Below are positions 41,536 through 50,586 of a stretch of 64,000 bases of DNA, piece after piece. The translations under genes were made by a program, and so were the position numbers. The stretch covers positions 224,001-288,000 of the forward strand of contig CAVUSO010000001.1 of NCBI GenBank assembly GCA_963744145.1, read 5' to 3'. The first letter of the stretch is position 1. Every line of letters begins with the position of its first letter. Under the pieces are notes generated by a model. It saw only the letters and a program-made list of their open reading frames with translations. It ran no database searches and had not been told where the DNA came from. Source of the DNA: an uncultured cyanobacterium (GTDB lineage Bacteria > Cyanobacteriota > Cyanobacteriia > Cyanobacteriales > CAWUOF01).

Positions 41536-42632
41536 TGCTGGATAAATTCAAAGTAATGATAGAACATTTAAAAAACCTAGCGATAACCAGAATGTCATTA
41601 AAATCAACAAATACAGCCTCTGTTTTTTTAGAAAAAGCATTTTCAAGCGAAATAGAGTCAGCGATTCATTCAGCCAATGTGCAAATTCATGAAGGTTATA
41701 CTATGGTGAAAACCACAGATTTACTAAGTAGCATTGAAGAAGTTATAAGTGATGAGTTTTGGATTTTGAAAACTTCTGATACTTTGTCAGATGCACTAGC
41801 ATTAATGACTTTACAAAATGTTAGTGATATTATCATTGTTGATAGTAATAATAAGTTTGCGGGAATTGTTAGTGATCTATCAATTATTACTGAACTTCCA
41901 CCACCAGTTTCAGATGTTCCTCTTAGATACCAGCTTAATTTCCCCCAATTTCACAAACAGGTTAGTAGAAATATAGTTAACATGATCCAAAAAAATATTG
42001 GCGAGGTATTTAAACTAAACAGAAATATTCGCCGTTTTTCTAAAGATGAATTTTTAACCAATGCTTTGCAAGAATTAACGAATCCTTATAGAACCTATCT
42101 TGACCCAAGAATAATTCCAATTCTTAATGAGGACGAAACCGTCGCAGGTTTAGTTTCATGTGAAACAGTTTTAAAATATGTGAGGATTAATCTCTTCTTA
42201 ATGGAAGAAAAAGTAGAACGTTTTTTATTAGATAAGTCTCTTAGAAAAGAGCCTTATATTCTCAAACCAGATGATACTCTAACGAAGGCATATTTTGTAA
42301 TGCAGCATCTTCCCATAGATCATATCTTGATATGTGATAACAACAATAAACTTTTAGGGATGGTAGAAAGATATCAAATTAGTGCGTATGCTCATCCCTT
42401 ATACTACCCGTTGATGGATATACCTTTGAGGGAAATTATGAAATCTGTGGATAATTTGTATCTAGTAGAGTCTAGCCAACCTATAAAAGAAATTATCAGT
42501 AGTTTCTTAGATCAGGGGATTAAAGCTGCAATTGCAGTTGATAAATCATCCAGTCAGCTATGTCCGTTGCAGGTCATAACGCCTATGAATATTTTACAAT
42601 TCTTTCGGCAAAATTTTTACAGAAAGCTATAA
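41535..42632 (+). CDS. Multi-CBS-domain protein
   Basis: DTLSDALALM...IIVDSNNKFAGIVS and DTLTKAYFVM...ICDNNNKLLGMV CBS patterns; start overlaps the KAP stop (TAATG). Confidence 0.8.
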   Translation: MLDKFKVMIEHLKNLAITRMSLKSTNTASVFLEKAFSSEIESAIHSANVQIHEGYTMVKTTDLLSSIEEVISDEFWILKTSDTLSDALALMTLQNVSDIIIVDSNNKFAGIVSDLSIITELPPPVSDVPLRYQLNFPQFHKQVSRNIVNMIQKNIGEVFKLNRNIRRFSKDEFLTNALQELTNPYRTYLDPRIIPILNEDETVAGLVSCETVLKYVRINLFLMEEKVERFLLDKSLRKEPYILKPDDTLTKAYFVMQHLPIDHILICDNNNKLLGMVERYQISAYAHPLYYPLMDIPLREIMKSVDNLYLVESSQPIKEIISSFLDQGIKAAIAVDKSSSQLCPLQVITPMNILQFFRQNFYRKL

Positions 42633-42701
42633 CATCGATAAAGGTTAGAGATGTTTCTTTCAGTAGAATTGTAATTCAAACAAAAAGTAAAGGAGATTTT
42701 C

Positions 42702-43751
42702 ATGGTTATGGATTTTGGTAACTGCCCTCAACTTGGCACTGCATTAGTAGAAGTTTTTCGTGAATTTGGTACACTTAGTAATGCAAAAGCTATGAGGTGG
42801 CTAAAGCCCAATGATACAGTGGCAACACTGGGTAGAGCTTTTAATATTCCAATATGTGTTCCACCATATTTCAAGCCTGTTAAAGTCAGAAATATTCCTA
42901 TTTTAGATAATAATCCAGGAGAGTTAAAAGCGTTAATCAACTATATAGATTATAGAAGACTTATAACACCACCAATAGGAATTCTTCCTGTTGATCTTCT
43001 GGATAATGAAACAAGGAAACAAGTTTTTGAATTTATTAATGTAATTACAGATGTGTCTATTTCAGAAGCATTTCCAGAACTTTTTATAGGTCATACGGAA
43101 AGGCTTTCTTCTGGAACTGATACTTTTAGAGATGGAATTAAGAAGCTGAGAGAGCGCCAGGTAGATGAAATCAATAAAATAAGCCGTCGTTATCGAACGC
43201 TACCTGTATTTAATGATAACAGAACCTTAGTGGGGATGCTTTCTTATACCAATGTACTCAGAAAAATTCAGGAAAATTGTGAAGGGTTTTTGGGTGAGAG
43301 AATTGTCTATACGAAAGCTGAAGACCTCTCCACTCTGCCTGGGAATCAAACCCTGTTTAGAGCAGCTGAGATATTAGCAAATGCTCCATTCACTCACATA
43401 CCCATCATAAGATCAGATAGTTCGGAGATTGTTACAGGAATTGTTGATGATTTAATGATTGAAAGTTATCAACATCCGATACTTTTTGAGTCTTTTAAAG
43501 AAAAACTGTTTTTGGAAAAGATTCAAACTCCAATTACAGACGATAATACAGTCACGCTAACTAGCACTGTTCGGGATGTTATAGAAAAGTTTTTAACTAT
43601 TACTTTTCCAGAAAGACCTACAGCTATCTTAGTTTGCACAAAAAGACAAGGAGGAAACTTTGTTCTCGACGGTATTGTTAGCTATACAGACATATTCAAG
43701 CAATTTGAAGCATGGCGAGAAGGTAATATTCAACACAATCGTGAAGAGTAG
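42702..43751 (+). CDS. Multi-CBS-domain protein, paralog of the upstream gene
   Basis: RTLPVFNDNRTLVGMLSYTNV, THIPII...VTGIV, DGIVSYTDI; AAGGAG RBS. Confidence 0.8.
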   Translation: MVMDFGNCPQLGTALVEVFREFGTLSNAKAMRWLKPNDTVATLGRAFNIPICVPPYFKPVKVRNIPILDNNPGELKALINYIDYRRLITPPIGILPVDLLDNETRKQVFEFINVITDVSISEAFPELFIGHTERLSSGTDTFRDGIKKLRERQVDEINKISRRYRTLPVFNDNRTLVGMLSYTNVLRKIQENCEGFLGERIVYTKAEDLSTLPGNQTLFRAAEILANAPFTHIPIIRSDSSEIVTGIVDDLMIESYQHPILFESFKEKLFLEKIQTPITDDNTVTLTSTVRDVIEKFLTITFPERPTAILVCTKRQGGNFVLDGIVSYTDIFKQFEAWREGNIQHNREE

Positions 43752-43898
43752 TCAAAATCTTACTTATGACTCTAATTAAGTTAATTAGCTGGCGACTACC
43801 TCTTTGCCCAGTATAATACGATTATTTCCTAAAAGCGATCGCCCCTCTCCTATTCCCAATCTCAAAGTGCGATCGCTAGTTTTTTGATCAACGATAAA

Positions 43899-44243
43899 TT
43901 ACACATATAAAAGCTGATTGGCAATTTCATCAGCTGTGAGCGTATTTAACAAAATAGCAACCCTTTGGACAATCTCATAGGCGTTCTTTTGCGGAATTAC
44001 AATAATCCCAGAATGTTCTCGTCCTTCTGTCATATATTCTAAGTGTAATTGCTCAAAATCCACGCGATTGTGAGTGAGCAAACATCGCTCAACAGATGCA
44101 GCATAAGCCAATTGTTGGCGATCCAATTGACTCAACATTCCCTGTTCGATCGTAGTCGTCACATCAAAACCTCTAGCCCGCAGCAAAGTAGCGACAAGCT
44201 TAGAAACATCTTCATCTGTATAAATACTTGCGAACAGTTTCAC
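43899..44243 (-). CDS. DUF5615 PIN-like toxin
   Basis: YTDEDV, LRARGFDV, DRQQL, LLTHNRVDF, HSGII. Confidence 0.85.
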   Translation of the reverse strand: MKLFASIYTDEDVSKLVATLLRARGFDVTTTIEQGMLSQLDRQQLAYAASVERCLLTHNRVDFEQLHLEYMTEGREHSGIIVIPQKNAYEIVQRVAILLNTLTADEIANQLLYV

Positions 44244-44533
44244 AGTTTTATCATTCCAGCTTTAACAGCAGGATGAATCAATTCTTCAGGAATTCGATTG
44301 CGCTCAATATAAGTATTTATTTCTTCCTGATTATCCAAATAAAAACTCAGTACGTCAAAAATTTGAGCTAATTTCAGATGAGGTAAGTGCATCGGGATTT
44401 CTTCAGGAGTAATACCTAAACGCCACAATTCTACGATCGCACGAACCGAAGTTCTCGTTCCTGCGATAATTGGTTCCCCTTGCAATATTTCCGAGTGACG
44501 TGTGACATAACGTGAAGCAGATTGTATAGTCAT
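44240..44533 (-). CDS. DUF433 antitoxin-like protein
   Basis: GEPIIAGTRTSV..GITPEEI; 4-nt overlap with the DUF5615 gene. Confidence 0.88.
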   Translation of the reverse strand: MTIQSASRYVTRHSEILQGEPIIAGTRTSVRAIVELWRLGITPEEIPMHLPHLKLAQIFDVLSFYLDNQEEINTYIERNRIPEELIHPAVKAGMIKL

Positions 44534-44653
44534 GGGAGATTAACCGCACATATCGATCTTGATTATAGCTTACGCTAAAACATCTTTTTTGCCAAGCGCG
44601 ATCGCTCTTTCCTAAGTTAAAATATAAATTGTCAGATTCAGAAAGGACAAGCT

Positions 44654-44878
44654 ATGCCCGTAAACTGGAGAGAACATATCGTTAGTACCCCCGATGTACT
44701 GCGAGGTAAACCAAGAATCAAAGGAACTAGAATTCCTGTCAGTCTCATTTTAGGTTATTTAGCATCAAATAATACTGTCGAATATATTATTTCGGAATTT
44801 CCCAATCTAGTTAAAGAACAGATAGATGCTTGTCTTGATTACGCTCGCGATTTGTCAGACTTTGAAACGGTTGCCTAA
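44654..44878 (+). CDS. DUF433 protein
   Basis: GKPRIKGTRIPV...ACLDYA. Confidence 0.88.
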   Translation: MPVNWREHIVSTPDVLRGKPRIKGTRIPVSLILGYLASNNTVEYIISEFPNLVKEQIDACLDYARDLSDFETVA

Positions 44879-45004
44879 TGAGCTTAAGATTGTTCATCGA
44901 TACAATGCGTGCCTAAATCTATTATTCAAATCTTTCGTGATACTAATCATGAAGTTTTTTTATTGAGAGATTACATCCCAATTTAATCTCCAGATATTAT
45001 TGTC
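44878..45004 (+). pseudogene. Degraded DUF5615 PIN-like gene
   Basis: Coupled ATG; MSLRLFID, then a frameshift to QCVPKSIIQIFRDTNHEVFLLRDYIPI*SPD; truncated. Confidence 0.6.
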
Positions 45005-45048
45005 GAATTCCAGCATTGAGAAATTCGTTTCGCCTTTTTTATTCTATC

Positions 45049-45507
45049 TTACCCAAGCGATCGCCCTTCTTGCAAATCCCACAAAAACCACGAATTTTCA
45101 ACAACTGTATATTTACCAATAACACTCAATGGTAACACTTCCCCACTCCCAAGCACATCAACAGAAATTCCATCTCGAATCATAATTTTAAACACTTCAT
45201 TCCTACATTCAATTAAGCTTGCATCTAGTTCAAGAATTTGACCCTCTTCATTCAATACACCCAGTAAATCTGAAGTAGATAAACTAAATACATCTTGAGT
45301 ATTACCTTTCTTAGTCAACTGATCGCCACTCTTTCCAGTAGCATCAATAGCGGAAATCAACTATTCATTAGATAGAGGATAATTTTCAGCTAAATATTCA
45401 ACAATTTTAGCAACTCTGGATTCTATTTTTTCCTGTTCTTCACAGCAGAGTGTAATGGCCCACTTTTGCCTAGCATTTTGGATCAAAGTAGAAGTTTGAG
45501 ATTTCAT
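45049..45507 (-). pseudogene. Inactivated copy of the putative immunity gene at 47751-48188
   Basis: Near-identical DNA; TGG to TAG stop at 45361-45363. Confidence 0.85.
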
Positions 45508-45587
45508 AATGGTTCTGGTATACTATTTCTAGTAGGAGTTACACCAGTAATATTTGGTATCCACCTATATTGATGAGGTGACAGGCA
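45504..45587 (-). pseudogene. Internally deleted remnant of the toxin gene at 48185-48505
   Basis: Keeps only the PHQYRWIPNITGVTPTRNSIPEPL tail, joined to the upstream region. Confidence 0.75.
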
Positions 45588-45636
45588 ATCTAATTTTATT
45601 ATTTTGAGGTAGTCCACTTAATTAGTTTATCACTTA

Positions 45637-46437
45637 TTGGAAAAAAAGCTGATGTTAAAAATTATTAACTGTCCCACAACCGTTGCAGTTAAAAAAACTT
45701 TTTCGATTACAGGAAAAGTTGACCCTATTCATATTGGTAGATACTTGTTATTAAACATAGACAACCAAATTAGTTTGACCGGACCATTAGTAACCGAGAC
45801 TGGTTCTTGGGAAATAGATATAGCATTTCGTCAAGCAGGTAATCATCGGATAGAAATTACCCTTGATTGTGAAAAAAATCAAGTAATAATTCAGGTTATT
45901 AACGAAATATTATCGGAATATTCGGGAGATATTGTCCTATTTTATCTTAGTCAAAAACCCAACTTTCAGGGACGGATGATTGATGAAATTTGGTCTTGGG
46001 ATTATCAAAAACTTGAATATGTCCATAATTATATTCAGTGGCTTTTTCCAACACTCGGAAAAAGTCGCTTCAACCCAACTGTACCTACTTTAAATAGTGA
46101 AACTATTCAAGCTTTCCGAACTCATGAAGAATTAAAATTACGTTTATTCAAATCTTTTAAAATTATGCTCAAATTTTATGGGCTAGAATGTAATAAGTGG
46201 GACAGTCCTGAAATTAAAATTATCAAATCTGAAGAATATCAATCGAGAAAGAATAATTGGATTACTAAAGGAAATCATAACTATCTGCGGATTACTCGAA
46301 TTATTAGTTGCTTAAATACTCTGGGATTAAACAAATATGCACGGGCTTTTTTCCAATGTTTAACACTGATCTACCAAGAAGAAAAAACTAACATTAGTAG
46401 TGATACTTTTATGTACTGGCAAAATGCTATCAAGTAA
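45637..46437 (+). CDS. OGFr (opioid growth factor receptor) conserved-region protein with N-terminal beta-rich domain
   Basis: LEYVHNYIQWLFP, MLKFYG, NHNYLRITRII. Confidence 0.8.
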   Translation: MEKKLMLKIINCPTTVAVKKTFSITGKVDPIHIGRYLLLNIDNQISLTGPLVTETGSWEIDIAFRQAGNHRIEITLDCEKNQVIIQVINEILSEYSGDIVLFYLSQKPNFQGRMIDEIWSWDYQKLEYVHNYIQWLFPTLGKSRFNPTVPTLNSETIQAFRTHEELKLRLFKSFKIMLKFYGLECNKWDSPEIKIIKSEEYQSRKNNWITKGNHNYLRITRIISCLNTLGLNKYARAFFQCLTLIYQEEKTNISSDTFMYWQNAIK

Positions 46438-46472
46438 TACTGATTAAGCTTACATTTGCCCCTAAGCACCCT

Positions 46473-46808
46473 TTAACTAACCGCAAATTCTGTGTATTTT
46501 CTCATTTCTGGGGAACGGAATCCCAAAATAATTCTATCTTTGGGGATTCCAGCATTGAGAAATTCGTTAGCAATTCCATCTTCCGTACCATCTCGATGAA
46601 TCCAAATTTTTCCATCGATAATTTCTACATGAATTAAACAACCGTGAACTTGTCGCACGTCCTCCCAACCCAAAATCATGAGCAGATAGCGATCGCTTTG
46701 GGGATCAAATACCGGATGTCGCTGAATATCTCCATAAGCGTAGGGTATTTGAGCATATTCGGTAATGATCGAACAGATAATTTGACGGTACTTTTCTAAG
46801 CTATCCAT
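46473..46808 (-). CDS. xisI: XisI family protein
   Basis: HGCLIHVEIIDGKIWIHRDGTEDGIA..GIPKDRIILGF. Confidence 0.92.
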   Translation of the reverse strand: MDSLEKYRQIICSIITEYAQIPYAYGDIQRHPVFDPQSDRYLLMILGWEDVRQVHGCLIHVEIIDGKIWIHRDGTEDGIANEFLNAGIPKDRIILGFRSPEMRKYTEFAVS

Positions 46809-47212
46809 TTCAAAATTACCTCCTTTTGAGGTTGAAAAACCATGAGCTTTACCCGATTATTCCTAAGTAATAGCTTACCAATAGGTTCTTCAAATAATCC
46901 TTCATATATTTCATGATGAACCGCAACATAAAGTTCTCGCTCTGGTTCGATTTCTGCTAAAACATCATGATACACAATATACTGACCAATTGCTTTTTCT
47001 AGTTCGTTCATTTCTGATGCACCTATAAAGCTTTTGATTTCTACAGCAATTTTACGTTCAGCTTTTTCAGCAGCGATGAGTTTTTGAACCCCTAAATCTA
47101 CATACATATCCTTAGTACCCCATTTTAGGGTAAGGGGATCGTGAGTAATTGTCCAGTTATCTTTAAGTAAAGCATTTTTGACACAGTTGTGGTAAATGTC
47201 TTTAGCAGGCAT
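46796..47212 (-). CDS. xisH: XisH family protein
   Basis: MPAKDIYH..WTITHDP..KIAVEIKSF..AIGQY. Confidence 0.92.
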   Translation of the reverse strand: MPAKDIYHNCVKNALLKDNWTITHDPLTLKWGTKDMYVDLGVQKLIAAEKAERKIAVEIKSFIGASEMNELEKAIGQYIVYHDVLAEIEPERELYVAVHHEIYEGLFEEPIGKLLLRNNRVKLMVFQPQKEVILKWIA

Positions 47213-47261
47213 AATTATAATCTTTGAGTTCAGCTTCAGAGCGTGAATTTTATGGTAAAAA

Positions 47262-47671
47262 TTAAATGAGGGTTATGGCAATACGGTTCGTTTAAGGATG
47301 TTTTGGGAGATATCAACAAAGAAGGGTGAAGCATTCGGATCTAATATTACTCGTGTGAGCGTTCAATTGTCGCCCGAATGCTTCACCCCTACAACTAACC
47401 GAACCGTATTGAGGGTTATGGGGCACGATCGCAGGTTAGCGCGGATTTGCTCTATAGCTGTAATCCCATCTACAACCTCATCTCGTTGGGATGCTTCCCA
47501 ACCAAGCATTGCGTCTCGCTGGAGTTCAGGAAGTCGTCCCTGATCAATATCTTCTTGCTGTTCGAGTAGTTGAATTCCTGCGAGAATGACTTCGATCGCG
47601 CTTTTATATTTGCCACTCATCAGGTGACGCTGTACGAGGGCTTCGGCTTTAGGTGATCAAACAATTTGCAT
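47262..47671 (-). pseudogene. ParD-like (RHH) antitoxin pseudogene
   Basis: MQIV*SPKAEALVQRHLMSGKYKSAIEVILAGIQLL; TGA at codon 5; MITE inserted near the 3' end. Confidence 0.6.
47279..47411. mobile_element. 133-bp MITE with perfect 10-bp target-site duplication (Nezha-like architecture)
   Basis: TIR CAATACGGTTCG/CGAACCGTATTG; AGGGTTATGG at 47269-47278 and 47412-47421; inner hairpin related to the tandem-array unit. Confidence 0.88.
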
Positions 47672-47750
47672 GGTGTTTGAGAGAATAGGAGTTGATTTTA
47701 TTATAGGCGATCGCCTTTTTTATTCTATCTTACCCAAGCGATCGCTCTGC

Positions 47751-48188
47751 TTACAAATCCCACAAAAACCACGAATTTTCAACAACTATATATTTACCAA
47801 TAACACTCAATGGTAACACTTCCCCACTCCCAAGCACATCAACAGAAATTCCATCTCGAATCATAATTTTAAACACTTCATCCCTACATTCAATTAAGCT
47901 TGCATCTAGTTCAAGAATTTGACCCTCTTCATTCAATACACCCAGTAAATCCGAAGTAGATAAACTAAATACATCTTGAGTATTACCTTTCTTAGTCAAC
48001 TGATCGCCACCCTTTCCAGTAGCATCAATATCGGAAATCATCCATTCATTAGATAGAGGATAATTTTCAGCTAAATATTCAACAATTTTAGCAACTCTGG
48101 ATTCTATTTTTTCCTGTTCTTCACAGCAGAGTGTAACAGCCCACTTTTGGCTAACATTTTCGATCACAGGAGAAGTTTGAGATTTCAT
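47751..48188 (-). CDS. Putative immunity protein
   Basis: Acidic 145-aa ORF translationally coupled (ATGA) behind the toxin-like ORF. Confidence 0.6.
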   Translation of the reverse strand: MKSQTSPVIENVSQKWAVTLCCEEQEKIESRVAKIVEYLAENYPLSNEWMISDIDATGKGGDQLTKKGNTQDVFSLSTSDLLGVLNEEGQILELDASLIECRDEVFKIMIRDGISVDVLGSGEVLPLSVIGKYIVVENSWFLWDL

Positions 48189-48505
48189 AATGGTTCTGGT
48201 CTGTTATTTCTAGTAGGAGTTCCACCAGTAATATTTGGTATCCACCTATGTTGGTGAGGTGGTGATAGATGATCTGGGCGAAGATTACCATTAGGATAAG
48301 TAGGACTGGTAAAATCTAAATCTCTCACAGGCTGTCCAGACGCATCAAATTCTCGCATCTGATAAATCCTCTGGTTATAAGTATCCCATCTTAATTGAGA
48401 GTGCGGTCCTCTAGCATTTGGATCTGGCTTTGCTTCTCCAAGTCTAGGTGGTAGCTGGCTTTTAAGTACAAGTGTACCATCTGCATAGCGCGAGTGGACT
48501 GACAA
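48185..48505 (-). CDS. Stand-alone polymorphic toxin domain (Ntox24-like)
   Basis: PDPNARGPHS, REFD..GQPVRDLDFT, PHQH, NITGGT..R..PEPL pattern; TTG start. Confidence 0.65.
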   Translation of the reverse strand: MSVHSRYADGTLVLKSQLPPRLGEAKPDPNARGPHSQLRWDTYNQRIYQMREFDASGQPVRDLDFTSPTYPNGNLRPDHLSPPHQHRWIPNITGGTPTRNNRPEPL

Positions 48506-48711
48506 TCTAATTTTATTATTTTAAGGTAGTCAACTTAATTATTTTATCACTTATTGGAAAAAAAATAATCGCTATTTACCTCCTTTTGAGATCGGGATCG
48601 GAAAATGGGCCAGTTTCTGGTAAAATGAAACAGCTCTGATAGATTTGCCTAAATATGAAAAAAAATCTGATAATTAATCAATAATAAATAGTGAACTATA
48701 AATTATAAACA

Positions 48712-50439
48712 ATGAGTGTTGATAAACCTTTAGGAGCAGTTATTCAAGGTTCTCTGAGTCAGGGACTAGAAGTCAGATTGCACGCAGATGTTTCTGTAGA
48801 AGATATGCGAGTCGGCAAATTTTTGGTAGTACGCGGAGTCTACTCTGACTTTTTCTGTATGATGACAGATGTCTCTTTAGGAGCTTCTAGTACCCGAATT
48901 TTTGCTAATCCTCCTCAACCAGAAGATTTGTTTCTCCAAGAAGTATTAGCTGGAAGTGGCACTTTTGGCACAATTAATCTGACACCAATGCTCATGCTCA
49001 ACCGGGAACCAACCCAGAAATTCTTCTTTAATCAGACTCCCAATGGTACAGCTAAACAGCAAACAACCAGTTTAGCCTCATTTCAAGCAAATACTAGCCA
49101 ACCGATGGAATTGTTACCTGTGAAAACTATTCCTTGTCACTTTTCCCAAGTATATGATGCGAATGAGCAAGATTTTCGCGCTGTCTTTGGCTGGGAAGAT
49201 GATCCGACTCGACGCAATTTCGCGATCGGACAACCTTTAGATATGGATGTACCAGTTTGTATCGATCTCGATCGCTTGGTAGAACGTAGTAATGGTGTCT
49301 TTGGTAAGTCGGGAACTGGTAAATCTTTTCTGACGCGGTTACTATTATCAGGTATTATCCGCAAGCAGGCAGCAGTTAATTTAATTTTTGATATGCACTC
49401 GGAATATGGTTGGGAAGCTGTCTGTGAAGGGAAAAAGTTTAGTACAGTTAAGGGTTTGCGACAATTATTTCCTGGACAGGTACAGATGTATACCCTTGAT
49501 GCTGAGTCTACTCGGAGACGGGGTGTGCGTGATGCTCAGGAACTTTATCTAAGTTATGATCAAATTGAAGTAGAAGATATTAGTCTGGTGCAACGTGAGC
49601 TAAATCTCTCGGAAGCAAGTATAGAAAATGCGATTATTCTGCGGAATGAGTTCGGTGATAGTTGGATTTCCCACTTGTTGGATATGACTAATGAGGATAT
49701 CCAATTGTTTTGTGAGGAAAAACGGGGTAATACCTCTTCGATTATGGCCCTTCAGCGCAAGCTCATTCGTCTCAGTGAATTAAAATATATGCGTGCTAGA
49801 TGCCCCCATAATTATGTTGGGCAGATTTTAGATTATTTAGAAGCTGGTAAACACGTTGTGATTGAATTCGGCTCCCAGTCCAATATGCTTTCCTATATGT
49901 TAGCGACCAATATGATTTCTCGTCGCATTCATAAAGCTTATGTACAAAGATCAGAGCGGTTTTTGCAGACTAAAAATCCCCTTGATCGTCCCCGTCAGTT
50001 AGTGATCACGATTGAAGAAGCTCACCGTTTTCTTGATCCTGCAACTGTCCGTCAAACAATTTTTGGGACGATCGCCCGGGAAATGCGAAAATATTTTGTG
50101 ACCTTATTGGTGGTCGATCAGCGTCCTTCGGGGATCGATAATGAAGTGATGTCTCAAATTGGTACTCGGATTACCGCTTTGCTTAATGATGAAAAGGATA
50201 TCGAGGCAATTTTTACAGGTGTTTCTGGTGGTGCTAGTTTACGTTCAGTCTTAGCTAAGTTAGATTCTAAACAACAAGCTCTCATCCTGGGTCATGCTGT
50301 CCCCATGCCCGTTGTTGTCCGGACCCGTCCCTACGATCAGACTTTTTACGAAGAAATTGGTGAACCTTGCTGGGAAGAAAAATCTGATCAAGAGGTTTTT
50401 GATGAAGCTGATTCAGCTTTAGCCGATTTAGGATTTTAA
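48712..50439 (+). CDS. HerA-like ATPase (HAS barrel + DUF87)
   Basis: GKSGTGKS, IFDMHSEY, IEEAHRF, REMRKY, DQRPS. Confidence 0.9.
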   Translation: MSVDKPLGAVIQGSLSQGLEVRLHADVSVEDMRVGKFLVVRGVYSDFFCMMTDVSLGASSTRIFANPPQPEDLFLQEVLAGSGTFGTINLTPMLMLNREPTQKFFFNQTPNGTAKQQTTSLASFQANTSQPMELLPVKTIPCHFSQVYDANEQDFRAVFGWEDDPTRRNFAIGQPLDMDVPVCIDLDRLVERSNGVFGKSGTGKSFLTRLLLSGIIRKQAAVNLIFDMHSEYGWEAVCEGKKFSTVKGLRQLFPGQVQMYTLDAESTRRRGVRDAQELYLSYDQIEVEDISLVQRELNLSEASIENAIILRNEFGDSWISHLLDMTNEDIQLFCEEKRGNTSSIMALQRKLIRLSELKYMRARCPHNYVGQILDYLEAGKHVVIEFGSQSNMLSYMLATNMISRRIHKAYVQRSERFLQTKNPLDRPRQLVITIEEAHRFLDPATVRQTIFGTIAREMRKYFVTLLVVDQRPSGIDNEVMSQIGTRITALLNDEKDIEAIFTGVSGGASLRSVLAKLDSKQQALILGHAVPMPVVVRTRPYDQTFYEEIGEPCWEEKSDQEVFDEADSALADLGF

Positions 50440-50471
50440 CTGAGAAACCTGCTTAAATCAATATATTAAGT

Positions 50472-50586
50472 CAATATGATTCAGTTAAGGATATTTTTGG
50501 GGATCTCGGCAGCAGAAGGGTGAAGCATTCGGAGCTAATGTTACTGGTCTGATCGTTCCCTTGTCGCCCGAATGCTTCACCCCTAC
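50472..50586. repeat. Dispersed partial copy of the MITE/array half-unit
   Basis: CAATATGATTCAGTTAAG then GGGTGAAGCATTCGG...CCGAATGCTTCACCCCTAC. Confidence 0.8.

Noticed and set aside
46473-47212. Heterocyst fdxN excision element
   Set aside because: xisHI pairs are widespread; no XisF-type recombinase or interrupted gene is visible
47298-47543. 81-aa plus-strand ORF
   Set aside because: Starts inside the MITE and runs antisense to the ParD-like pseudogene
48712-50439. HerA as part of a Sir2-HerA or similar defence pair
   Set aside because: No partner gene is adjacent; it has a HAS-barrel housekeeping-type architecture, HIP1 sites and host-like composition
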